A stretch of DNA of 63,633 nucleotides, filler included, from Reclinomonas americana ATCC 50394 (taxonomy: Eukaryota), in the NCBI GenBank assembly GCA_048213135.1. It is 19 parts of 19 records of this genome, joined end to end, with 100 filler letters (N's around TTAATTAATTAA, not from the genome) between each part and the next. Parts side by side here need not be neighbours in the genome. Positions count along the whole stretch, not along the records: positions 35,802 to 36,869 come from AFZH01024120.1; positions 36,970 to 42,209 come from AFZH01024121.1; positions 42,310 to 46,134 come from AFZH01024122.1; positions 46,235 to 47,350 come from AFZH01024124.1; positions 47,451 to 48,482 come from AFZH01024125.1; positions 48,583 to 54,218 come from AFZH01024126.1; positions 54,319 to 57,661 come from AFZH01024127.1; 12 more parts are not named here. One strand, written 5' to 3'. Positions 35,702 through 57,162 of this stretch are shown here, one piece after another (the stretch's first letter is position 1; every line of letters begins with the position of its first letter). The notes below the pieces were generated by a model, which worked only from the letters and a program-made list of their open reading frames with translations, was not told the DNA's origin and did no database searches. A program made the translations under genes and the position numbers.

Positions 35702-35801
35702 NNNNNNNNNNNNNNNNNNNNNNNNNNNNNNNNNNNNNNNNNNNNTTAATTAATTAANNNNNNNNNNNNNNNNNNNNNNNNNNNNNNNNNNNNNNNNNNN
35801 N

Positions 35802-46016
<10,215 letters not shown>

Positions 46017-47450
46017 GAGAGGAGAAGGGAGGGGTTTGTGAAAGAGGGGAAGTAGGTGGTGAATACACAGGAAAGGAATGAAAACAGAGAGCGTATGGGG
46101 CAAGTGGGTGTGGAGGGAAGGGAGGGCAAGGGGGNNNNNNNNNNNNNNNNNNNNNNNNNNNNNNNNNNNNNNNNNNNNTTAATTAATTAANNNNNNNNNN
46201 NNNNNNNNNNNNNNNNNNNNNNNNNNNNNNNNNNAGACGATGATTGATCGAATGGGGCACGGGCACGTGAACACAACCTGCGCGCAAACACGGTGCGAGA
46301 AGAGAGCCGACAGATGAAGAAACAAAGACAACTAATGGGGAGGAGGGAAGCAAAAGTGAATCGCGATGGCGTGTGTGCGAGGGGAGAGACAGTAAGTCAG
46401 CGAGTGAGCGTGAGTGTGTGAGTGCGAGAGAGCGAAAGAGTGTGCGTGAGAGAGTGAGCGTGAGTGTGTCCCAGAGAGAGAAGATACGCCCACACTCGTG
46501 TCCACTCTCAATGCTCATCCAACCTCACCTCCCACCCTCTTCATGCATCAGCAGCCCCTCGTTGCCGCGTCAACGCCCTCCGACCCGCAGAGCACCGCGC
46601 GCAAACGAATGTCGTAACGGTCGGTGACACACAACTCCACGCTGCTCGTCACTGATTAAGAGTGACTCTCTCTCTCTCTCTCACACACACAAACACTCCC
46701 TCGCTCTCTCGCACCGCCACGCATAGACACGCTGCCACGGCATCGCACCATCGACAAAGCGAGAAATGCGACACACCCTCGTCCCAGGACAAAGTGGCGA
46801 CAATCCACTGCGCCGTTGTGCGAGAGAGAATGCGAGAGCGCTCGGTGTGCCTGGCAGTCATTGCCGAGCACGTGACTCTATCTCAAGGTACGTTGGTGTG
46901 GAGTCGGGAAGTGATTGAAGAAAGAGAAAGAGAGAGAGAGGAAAAGAATTTGACACCGGAAGGAGGTGGGCGCCGGGCTGGCGAGAGAGTGTGGTTGAAG
47001 TGGGCGTGTGTGTATGTGTTTGTGTGTGCATGGATGAGTGTTTGAGGAGGGAGAGAGAACGAGAGAACAGTGAGCGAGTCGGCGTCCTTTGCGTGAGTGC
47101 GAGAGCACACTGTTCCGCGTGTTCATCAGCGCGTCTCGCGAAGTCAGAGAGACAGACACTGCCACGCTGCGTTGCTTGAAAGAGAGAGAGTGTGTGTGTG
47201 CGAGAGAGAAGGGATGGAGAGTAAGAGCTGAGTCAAGAAGAGAGAACGACGCATTCGATTGCTCTGACAGAAAGAGAGTGGGAGAGAGAGAGGGAGGGGG
47301 AGAGAGACAGACGGAGAGAGGGGAGAGGGAGAGAGACGGAGGGGAGAGGGNNNNNNNNNNNNNNNNNNNNNNNNNNNNNNNNNNNNNNNNNNNNTTAATT
47401 AATTAANNNNNNNNNNNNNNNNNNNNNNNNNNNNNNNNNNNNNNNNNNNN

Positions 47451-48256
47451 AGGCCCTCGGCCATGGCGGCGGTGAAGTCGTGACGGTCGAGCGATTTCGG
47501 ATAGGGCGCGAAGAGATAGCGATGCTCGAGCAGGCGCGCGAGCCGGGCCTCGTCGACCGTGCCCGCGAGCGAGAAGGCGCCGTCGCGATCCATCTCGCCC
47601 CGTCCGTGCAGCTTGATCCAGTCGTTGAGCGGCGCATTGCCCGGGCCGGTGTCGAAGGCGAGCACATGCTCGGCGTCGGCGAAGGCGCTGAGATTGCCGA
47701 CGCCGCCGAGATTGAGAACGGCGGTCTCCTGTCCGGCGCCGATGCTGCGCATCAGCGCAGCGTGATAGCTCGCGACCAGCGGCGCGCCTTGCCCGCCGGC
47801 GCGAACATCGCCGGTGCGGAAATCGTAGACGACGTCGATGCCGAGCCGCCCCGCCATCAACACGCCGTCGCCGAGCTGGCGAGTGTCACCCTTGCGTTCC
47901 CTGGTCGGGGCACGATGCAGCACCGTCTGGCCATGGAAGCCGATCGCCGCGACCTCACTCGCCGCGATGCCCTCAGCGCCGAGGAATTCAGCGACAGCGT
48001 CCGCCTGCGCCAGTGTCAGGGCGCGCTCGGCCTCCGCGAAAATCGCCGGCTCAGCCCCTTCGAAGCGCCAGGCCAATGCAGCCTGAACCGCCTCTGCGAG
48101 CAGGCTGCGAACCTCCTGGCGATAGGGTGCGAGCCGCCAGGGACCGAATTCGGCGACGGCAGCGCCGTCCGTGCGGATCGCGGCGATGTCGATATTGCCG
48201 TCGAGGACCGTTCCGGTCATCAGGCCGATCGCCCAGGCTGGCTGCATGCGCCGCAT
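47451..48256 (-). CDS. anmK: anhydro-N-acetylmuramic acid kinase (3'-truncated), bacterial
   Basis: [62 protein letters not shown] and PKSLDR. Confidence 0.93.
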
Positions 48257-48423
48257 CTCCCTCTCGTCACTCCATATCACGCAATTGCAGACGCAAAGCC
48301 GCTGCGCAGTTTTGCTGGAATGGCTTCGGCGATGCCTGTCACAGGCCGGCCTCACCCGCAATCCCGTCCCGATTCCGACCCAATCGCTACTTACCCAAGG
48401 CAGGCCTGTTCTGGAGATCGGCC

Positions 48424-48482
48424 ATGCTGACCCGTCGCTTCGTCCTGACCGCCTGCCTCGGCCTCGCTCCGGCGGGATCTGC
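48424..48482 (+). CDS. start of a Tat-exported bacterial protein (fragment)
   Basis: GGAG RBS followed by [15 protein letters not shown], a twin-arginine motif. Cut by the linker. Confidence 0.5.
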
Positions 48483-48826
48483 NNNNNNNNNNNNNNNNNN
48501 NNNNNNNNNNNNNNNNNNNNNNNNNNTTAATTAATTAANNNNNNNNNNNNNNNNNNNNNNNNNNNNNNNNNNNNNNNNNNNNACTTCCTCTCCAAGTCAC
48601 TGACAAAAAAACACTTAACGAAAAAGAGCGGCGGCCGATGGACGGACCACTGTCCCTCTCCTCTTCCCGCCGGTGCAAAACGTTGCGAAGAGCAAACATC
48701 TCGCGTGATCCGTGAACTCTCCCACTGATTTTCATATCTTCTCTCCACCCCATGCCAGAAAGACCCAGTAACGGGCGAGTGCCGCGAGTCGCGATTAATT
48801 GTACCTCGCATACACAACACAACAAA

Positions 48827-49927
48827 ATGTCACGGCCAGGCGCAGGGCGCAAGAAGCACAACGATCGGGAAGAGCGTGAGGTGTGTTTGTGAGCGAGTGT
48901 ATGCGGATGGGTGGAGTGAAGGTGGGAGAGTGGGTGGTGACCATGGTCAGCCATGGTCAGCGCACGCGCGCGCACAAGAGAGGGACAGGCCTGTGTGCGT
49001 GTTCCTAGTGAAGTTGATGTGCACCAATGATCTCTGTGCTTCTCTCTCGCTTTTTCTCTTCAACCTGCTGTGTGATGAACGAAGTTGAACTGACACGCGT
49101 GACACACATTCGTGGTGCAGTTGCTCTTGCGCGGTGCGAGTGGCGGCAGCGGTGATGCGCTGGGCGGTATGCGTGTAAGGGACATAAGAACGTCGGGGTT
49201 CGGTCGAGGAGGAGGACGTGGCGGTGGCGGTGGCGACGATGATGATGACGATGGAGGCGATGTGGAGCGCGGTCGAGCACCGATCGCTGATGGTGGCACA
49301 GACTTTCGTGAGGCGCTGGGTCTTGGCAGTGGGCGGCGAACGAGTGGATCGTCGTCGTCATCGTCAGCAGCAGCGATGAATGGTCTTGGTGGAGGAGGAG
49401 GAGGAGGGCGCGCTGTCAGCCCGACTGAGCGGTTGGCGCAGCACTATTCACAGCAGCAGGTGAGTGCAGTCCACTGCTGACAGAAGAAGACAGCGCGTTG
49501 ACGAGGGTGACGGCTGCGCACGCAGGTGATGATCGCCAAGCAAGACAGGCGACTGGACGACTTGTCGGATGCGGTGAAGCGATTGCATGATGTCAGCCTC
49601 GGCATCAACCAGGAACTCGCTGCACAGGAGCCGTTGCGTCAGTCCTCATCGTCTTCGTGGTGTCGTGGTGCTTGATGACTAATGCCGTGACAGTGAACTG
49701 AGAAAGCTCGACGCCGCGCTGGACAACACGAACAGCAGACTGGAACGCAGTCTGCGCAAGATCGATCACCTCTTGAAGAACACCAAAGGTATTGCGTGCG
49801 TGCCTCCACGTTCACTCAGCGGTCTCACTCACCGACTGCGATCGTGTGTGCAGACAGCGGCAAGTGGTGCATCATTTGCTGCTTACTGGCAGTGCTGATT
49901 GTTCTTCTAGTCATTTTGATGTCGTAA
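48827..49927 (+). CDS. Qc-SNARE (syntaxin-8/-6-like), 5 exons
   Basis: QVMIAKQDRRLDDLSDAVKRLHDVSLGINQELAAQEPELRKLDAALDNTNSRLERSLRKIDHLL is a Qc SNARE motif, followed by a C-terminal TM (WCIICCLLAVLIVLLVILMS*). The start codon is tentative. Confidence 0.85.
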
Positions 49928-50299
49928 ATTGTGTGCATGTATAACTTTTGTGATCCGCACACTGCCTGTCCCACAATCCTTCCCCAACACACTGGCCACT
50001 GCAGCCGCAAAAGTGCGAGCGCGGTCACTGCGTCGTTGTCGGAGAAGACCGCATGTGTCCGCCACTCGAGTCTATCTGCTAGGTTGTAAACTGAACTCGG
50101 TCGAGTGAGGATAAGTGGCGTGACTGGCGGCTTCTCTCTCCTTATTTTTTGTTCTTTTTGTGCTTTTAATCATTCTACAGCAGCTGCTTGGACAGCACCG
50201 GCAGGCACTCAGTGATGCGTAACGGGTCGGAATATGCAGCGAGCGTGCAGACAGTGGGAAAGAGGGAAAGGGAATCTCGGTGATGTGCCACCTGTGTGT

Positions 50300-53200
50300 G
50301 GCCCACAAGCTCAATCAGAAAGCACACGATGTGGCACTCAAGTACAGCATGCTCGACACCACTTCCAGATCGAAGAAGTCCGTCTGTGTCTGTTCTTCCG
50401 AGTTTCGTCCACTGCATTTCGGTGTCAGTGGCGAGTTCGGGAGGCAGACCGGCGGCTTCTTCAATTCTTTTTTTGCTTTCTCTCTCTCATTCTCCTTTGT
50501 CGCTCGAGAACAGCATGTGCACTACCATCATCTGGATCGGTGACAACTGCTGCTGGACTGATTCACACTGTGTTGCCAGTGTGAACAGATGAAATACCGA
50601 ACAAGAATCTCTCTCTCTCTGAACATGCAGTCTCTCTCCTCGCCCACAAGCTCGCCCACCAGCCTCACCGTGCTGTACTCAAGTATGGCACGCTCGACAC
50701 CACTTCCAGATCGAAGAAGTCCGTCTGTGTCTGTTCTTCCGAGTTTCGTCCACTGCATTTCGGTGTCAGTGGCGAGTTCGTGAGGCAGACCGGCGGCTTC
50801 TTCAATTCTTTTTTTGCTTTCTCTCTCATTCTCCTTTGTTGCTAGAATGTAGGAGGTGCACCATCATCTGGGTCGATGACAACTGCTGCTGGACTGATCC
50901 ACACACAGTGTTGCCAGTGTGAACAATCAAATACCGAAACAAGAATCTCTCTCTCTCTGAGCATGCAGTCTCTCTCCTCGCCCACAAGCTCAACCACCGA
51001 GCTCATTGTGCTGCACCCAAGTACAGCATGCTCGACACAGCCTCCACATCGAAGAAGTCTGTCTGTGTCTGTTCTTCCGTGTCTCGTCCACTGCATTTCG
51101 GTGTCAGTGGCGGATTCGTGAGGCTGACCGGTGGCTTCTTCGCTTTTACTTTTTGCTCCCTCTCTCTTCTTTTTCGTTGCTCGAATGTAGGAGGTGTACC
51201 ACCACCATCTGGATCGGTGACAACTGCTGCTGGACTGATCCACACTGAGTTGCCAGTGTGATCATGATCAAATGAAATACCGGAACAAGAATCTCTCTCT
51301 CTCCCTCTCTGAGCATGCAGTCTCTCTCCTCGCCCACAAGCTCGCCCACCAGCCTCACCGTGCTGTACTCAAGTACAGCATGCTCGACACCACCTCCAGA
51401 CCGAAGAAGTCTGTCTGTGTCTGTTCTTCCGAGTTTCGTCCACTGCATTTCGGTGTCAGTGGCGAGTTCGTGAGACTGACCGGCGGCTTCTTCGCTTCTT
51501 TTTTTGCTTTCTTTCTATCTCTCTCTCTTTCTTTTGTCACTTAAGTACAGCATGTGTATTACCACCAGGATTGGTGACAACTGTTGTTGGACTGATCCAC
51601 ACTGTGTCGCCAGTGTGAAAACAATGAAATACCGAAACAAGAATCTCTCTCTCTCCGTGAGCATGCAGTATCCCTCCTCACCCACAAGCTCACTCTCCAA
51701 GATCATTATGGTGTACTCAAGTGCAGCATGCTCGACACCACCTCCAGACCGAAGAAGTCTGTCTGTGTCTGTTCTTCCGAGTTTCGTCCACTGCATTTCC
51801 GTGTCAGTGGCGAGTTCGTGAGACAGGCTGGCGGCTTCTTCACTTCTTTTTTGCCTCCTTTCTATCTCTCTCTCTCTCCTTGTCGCTCCAGCATGTGCGC
51901 CATCATCTGGATCGGTGACAGCTGCTGCTGGACTGCTCCACACTGTGCTGCCAATGCGAACGGAGGAAATACCGAACAACCTCTCTGAGCATGCAGTCTC
52001 TCTCCTTACCCACAAGCTCACTCACCAGGATCACCGTGCTGTACTCAAGTATGGCACGCTCGACACCACCTCCAGGTCGAAGAAGTCCGTCTGTGTCTGT
52101 TCTTCCGAGTCTCGTCCATTGCATTTCGGTGTCAGTGGCGAGTTCGTGAGGCAGACCGGCGGCTTCTTCATTTCTTTTTTTGCTTTTCTCTCTCTCCTTT
52201 TTCGTTGCTCAAGTGCATGTGCACCACCACCATCTGGATTGGAGACAACTGCTGGTGGAGAGATCCACACTGTGTTGCCAGTGTGAACAAAAAATAAAAT
52301 ACCGAACAAGAATCTCTCTCTCTCTGTGAGCATGCAGTCTCCCTCCTCAACCACAAGCTCAACCACCGAGCTCATTGTGCTGCACCCAAGTACAGCATGC
52401 TCGACACCACCTCCAGGTCGAAGAAGTCCGTCTGTGTCTGTTCTTCCGAGTCTCGTCCACTGCATTTCGGTGTCAGTGGCGAGTTCGTGAGACTGGCCGG
52501 CGGCTTCTTCACTTCTTTTTTTGCTTTCTCTCTCATTCTCCTTTGCTGCTAGAATGTAGGGGGTGCACCACCATTATCGGGATTGGAGATGCCGGACTGA
52601 TCCACACAGTGTTGCCAGTGTGACCAAATGAAATACCGAAACAAGAATCTCTCTCTCTGTGAGCATGCAGTCTCTCTCCTCACCCACAAGCTCACCCACC
52701 AGACTCACTGCACCGTGCACAAGTATGGCATGCTCGACACCGCCTCCAGGTCGAAGAAGTCCGTCTGTGTCTGTTCTTCCGAGTCTCATCCATTGCATTT
52801 CGGTGTCAGTGGCGGGTTCGTGAGGCAGACCGGCGGCTTCTTCACTTTTTTGCTCCCTCTCTCCCTCTCTCTTCTTTTTTTGTCGCCGAGTGCAGCATGT
52901 GAACCACCATCTGGATTGACGGCAACTGTTGCTGGACTGATCCACACTGTGTTGCCAGTGTGAAAACAATGCAAATGCCTAAACAAGAATCTCTCTCTCT
53001 CTGTGAGCATGCAGTCTCTCTCCTCGCCCACAAGCTCAACCACCGAGCCCGCCGTGCTGCACCCAAGTATGGCATTCTCGACACCATCTCCAGATCGAAG
53101 AAGTCCGTCTGTGTCTGTTCTTCCGAGTTTCGTCCATTGCATTTCGGTGTCAGTGGCGAGTTCGTGAGGCTGGTTGGCGGCTTCTTCACTTCTTTTTTTG

Positions 53201-54660
53201 CTTTCTCTCTCATTCTCCTTTGTCACTCATGTGCAGCATGTGTACCACCACCAGGATTGGTGACAAGTGCATCTGGACTGTTCCACACTGTGTTGCCAGT
53301 GTGAAAACAATGCAAATACCGAAACAAGAATCTCTCTCTCTTCTGAGCATGCAGTCTCTCTCCTCACCCACAAGCCCACCCACCAGGATCACTGTGCTGC
53401 ACCCAAGTATGGCATGCTCGACATGACCTCCACATCGAAGAAGTCCGTCTGTGTCTGTTCTTCCGAGTTCGTTCACTGCATTTCGGTGTCAGTGGCGAGC
53501 TCGTGAGGCTGACCGGCGGCTTCTTCGCTTTTTTGCTCCTCTCTCTCTCTCTTTTGTCACTCATGTGCAGCATGTGTACCACCACCAGGATTGGTGACAA
53601 TTGTTGTTGGACTGATCCCCAGTGTGATGCCAGTGTGAACAAAATAAAATACCGAGCAAGAATCTCTCTCTGTGAGCATGCAGTCTCCCTCTCACCCACA
53701 AGCTCACCCTCCAGGATCATTACAGTGCGCTCAAGTATGGCACGCTTGACACCATCTCCAGATCGAAGAAGTCCGTCTGTGTCTGTTCTTCCGAGTTTCG
53801 TCCACTGCATTTCGGTGTCAGTGGCGAGTTCGTGAGACAGGCCGGCGGCTTCTTCACTTCTTTTTTGCTTCCTATCCCTCTTCTCTTCCTTTGCCTATAG
53901 AGTACAGCATGTGGACCACCATCTGGATTGGAGACAACTGCTGCTGGACTGATCCACACTGTGTTGCAAGTGTGAACAAATGAAATACCGAAACAAGAAT
54001 CTCTCTCTCTCTCTGAGCATGCAGTCTCTCTCCTCGCCCACAAGCTCAACCACCGAGCCCGCCGTGCTGTACTCAAGTACAGCATGCGCGACACCACCTC
54101 CAGGTCGAAGAAGTCCGTCTGTGTCTCTTCCGAGTTTCGTCCACTGCATTTCGGTGTCAGTGGCGAGTTCGTGAGACTGGCCGGCGGCTTCTTCGCTTTT
54201 TTGCTCCTCTCTCTCTCTNNNNNNNNNNNNNNNNNNNNNNNNNNNNNNNNNNNNNNNNNNNNTTAATTAATTAANNNNNNNNNNNNNNNNNNNNNNNNNN
54301 NNNNNNNNNNNNNNNNNNCTCTCTTTTGTCACTCATGTGCAGCATGTGCACCACCATCTGGATTGGAGACAACTGTTGTTGGCCTGATCCCCACTGTGTT
54401 GCCAGTGTGAAAACAATGCAAATACCGAAACAAGAATCTCTCTCTCTCTGGGCATGCAGTCTCTCTCCTCGCCCACAAGCTCAACCACCGAGCCCGCCGT
54501 GCTGTACTCAAGTACAGCATGCGCGACACCATCTCCAGATCGAAGAAGTCAGTCTGTGTCTGTTCTTCCGAGTCTCGTCCACTGCATTTCGGTGTCAGTG
54601 GCGAGTTCGTGAGGCTGACCGGCGGCTTCTTCACTTCTTTTTTGCTCCCTCTCTCTCTTT
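50300..54660 (+). repeat. tandem array of at least 13 ~340-bp units, each with a conserved 91-nt hairpin (candidate ncRNA array or satellite)
   Basis: The core GAAGAAGT starts at 50372, 50713, 51051, 51403, 51751, 52079, 52420, 52753, 53097, 53437, 53765, 54107 and 54542. Spacing is 328-352 bp before the gap. Confidence 0.95.
50372..50462 (+). ncRNA. putative structured RNA hairpin (copy 1 of at least 13)
   Basis: Pairings GAAGAAG/CTTCTTC, CCG/CGG, GTCTG/CAGAC, CGAGT/GTTCG, TCG/CGA, CCACTG/CAGTGG and CAT-[TTCG]-GTG, followed by a T-run. Expression is not shown. Confidence 0.45.
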
Positions 54661-54763
54661 CTTTCTTTCTTCTCCATCAATCACTCACTTGTCATACAAA
54701 TCAACACGAGCGTGCGTACACTTTCTTCTTTTTTTCTCAGTGGCGGTGGCCGCACGCAAGTGC

Positions 54764-56962
54764 TTACTCGCTGTCCACTGCGGGATCCGGATTGCCGCCC
54801 ATCTTCCTGTAACGCTTGAGGAAGAAGGGAGCCTCCGTTCGCAGAGACCGCGGGGAAATGTGCAAGTCGGCAAACGTCTTGGCGTTAGGCGACACGGTGT
54901 TCTGCAGACCGAGGCGAACAATCTGATCACGAGTGATTGGCGGATTTGGCAGCTTCTCCAGCACAGCGGCATACAACTTGGCCAACGTGAGCGGCACTGG
55001 GAATCGCAGAGAGCAAGTTAGCACGCATGAGCAGCAACACGACAGACACACCAAGAGAAGAGGAAGCACTCACTTGGTACCAAGTGAGGCTTGCGCTCGG
55101 TGACCTCGAAAATGAGGTCAGTGATCTCTTGCAGACGCATAACCTCGGGCCCGCCGAGCTCGTACGTCTGACCCATTGAATCCTCGTGGAAAATGCTCTC
55201 GACAATGGCGTCAGCCACGTCGGCGGCCTGTTGCATGTGTGTCAGTATCCCGCTCAACGGCCGCCAAGCATCACCACGCAGTGATCACACGGACGAAACA
55301 TGGACTGGCTGCTGCTTGGCGCGGCCGCTGGCAATCATCGGCACAAACGACAACACCCGAATGCTGGTGGCCAGCGCGTTGAGGAAGTTGTCCTCGGGAC
55401 CAAAGAGCAGGCCGGGGCGCAAAATCGTCGCCGACGGGAACGCCTTCAGCACGGCCTCCTCGCCCGCAGCCTGCGTCAAGAGCACCACACAGATAATGAT
55501 GAGAAACAATCTTCTTTTCTCGCCACGCAGGGACGCCAGACCTTGGTGGCCAGCGACTCGGAGGGCGAATACTTGTCGGCACCGAGGCAAGAGACGTGGA
55601 TCAAGCGCGACACGCCGTTCTCCGCGCATGCCTGCATTTTTTACGCGAGTGAGCTCCCAAGTGCACACTGCGACTCAAGGCTGCGCATGCCGCACCCTTG
55701 CCACGTTCTCGGCCAGTGTTACGTTGGTGTACTCGAACGAGTAGTTGCGTGTGGGGTGGCTGCTGCCCATCAGGTTGATCACCACATTGGAGCGCGACAC
55801 GGCCAAGTTGATTGAGCCCTGGTCTCGCGGCTGCAGTGGAACGACGCAGGATACAGAGGTGAGGAGGGGCCACACGGACGACACACACGCACGATCGGAG
55901 AGTGGAAGAGAGAGAGAGAAAGGAAGACGGGGAGTGAAAGTTGAAATAAAAATGTGGGAACTGATGACGAATATGCGAGTCACACAGAGAGAGCGATCGC
56001 AGTGCATCCGCATCAGCCACGAAGCCCCGAAAGACAACCGAGGTTGCGTCGGGCGTGCCAAAGCAGAGGGAAGAAAAACTCTTCCCGAGCCAGTGACAAG
56101 CGCCCAACATTCCCTCCGGAGCAGTGTGTCTATCCAGCGACGCACAAAGAGAGAGGAAAGAAAAAGGGAGCACGAGGCGACCTTCTCTTCCTTCCGCCCC
56201 CCTTTCTGCTTCCGCCAGCAAAAAGCTTCCCCTCAAAATCCTTCTTGCGCAGTTATGACTCATTTGCTACTCACGACATGCACCCCACATTCAGGGAACA
56301 CCTCCAAAGTGATTGGAGGGAGCAGCAGATCTAAGGACCACGCGTCCAGGAGACAACGAGAGAAAGAGAGGAAGAGAGCAGTAGAGGTGTGTGTTGCGAC
56401 GCAACATGGAAGCGAATGGGCGCAATCTGGCCCAGATCTCCCATGAGCTTCAGATGACGATAGTCGTGCTCATCGCCGCGGTACGGAATGATGACTTGCG
56501 AGCCAATCTTGCCTGAATATAGACACACCCACAGTCGTCACTCACTCATGCAGCAGAATGGTCACTACTGCACACACACGCACCAAGGCGATTGACAGTG
56601 TAACGACCGAGGAAGCCCGTGTTGCCAAACACAGTGGCCACCACACCCGACACCGACGAGCGGCCGCCCAAGCCACGTGGGCCACGCCCAAGGCGGCTCA
56701 CATCAAGTGAGAAGTAGCGACGCGACTGCACACAACAGGAGAAGAAGAAGAAGAGTGTGAGAGTGCGCGGTAAATGGCGACATGAAGCGCACACTTGTGC
56801 CCCATCCCGCATGCGTGCAGACATATGCGCGTGTGTGAGTGTGTGCGTTGTGTGCGCTTGGAGAGAGTGTGTGAGTGTGTGCGAGTGAGACGCAACTGCG
56901 CCGAGCATTTGGGATTGACGAGTGAACGACGATGGATAGTGGATCAACGGATAGCTGGCCAT
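54764..56962 (-). CDS. NDUFA9: NADH dehydrogenase (complex I) 39-kDa subunit NDUFA9, multi-exon
   Basis: [82 protein letters not shown] and [10 protein letters not shown]. Start at 56962 or 56908. Confidence 0.95.
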
Positions 56963-57162
56963 AGCTATCGCCTGCAGGGTGCGTAGTGCGCACGAGTCGC
57001 TTCCTCCCCGCCCACTCCAACTTCGTGTGTGACTCACTCCTCTCTTTGCGCTTTTGTTTCACTGTGTTTGTGTTTGTGTTTCATCTGATGTGTGACGCAA
57101 ACACATTAGGCACATCTTGATTTTGCAGGGAGTGGTGTGTGTGTTTTGACAGGCCGCCTACC
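56963..57162. promoter_or_regulatory. probable bidirectional promoter region between NDUFA9 and AP-2 alpha
   Basis: Head-to-head start codons about 200 bp apart. Positional inference only. Confidence 0.45.

Noticed and set aside
46235..47350. ORFs in this contig, and the many CVCV/SLSL/THTH/ERER ORFs elsewhere
   Set aside because: They are translations of dinucleotide repeats with no protein-like content.
50366..50430. U1 snRNA-like words in the array (GATCGAAGAAG resembling the U1-70K loop, CCATTGCA resembling the U1A loop)
   Set aside because: There is no 5' ATACTTACCTG and no Sm site at the right place, and both words sit inside the long stem rather than in loops.
50395..50435. Hammerhead-like GGACGAAAC on the minus strand of each unit (retrozyme or ribozyme satellite idea)
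   Set aside because: The required CTGANGA box is missing (CTGACAC instead), and GAAAC varies to GAGAC in several copies. An Infernal search of ribozyme families is still worth running.
50300..54660. CRISPR-like repeat/spacer array
   Set aside because: The sequence between cores is homologous from unit to unit rather than unique, the units are far too long, there are no cas genes, and the context is eukaryotic.
50175..54812. Repeated ORFs in the array (MQWTKLGRTDTD..., KKSVCVCSSEFRP..., EEQTQTDFFDLE...)
   Set aside because: No frame or splice scheme is consistent across copies. Copy 10 has a 1-nt deletion, copy 13 has a stop in the MQW frame, the candidate exons (149 + 62 nt) do not keep phase, and some copies lack the candidate GT.
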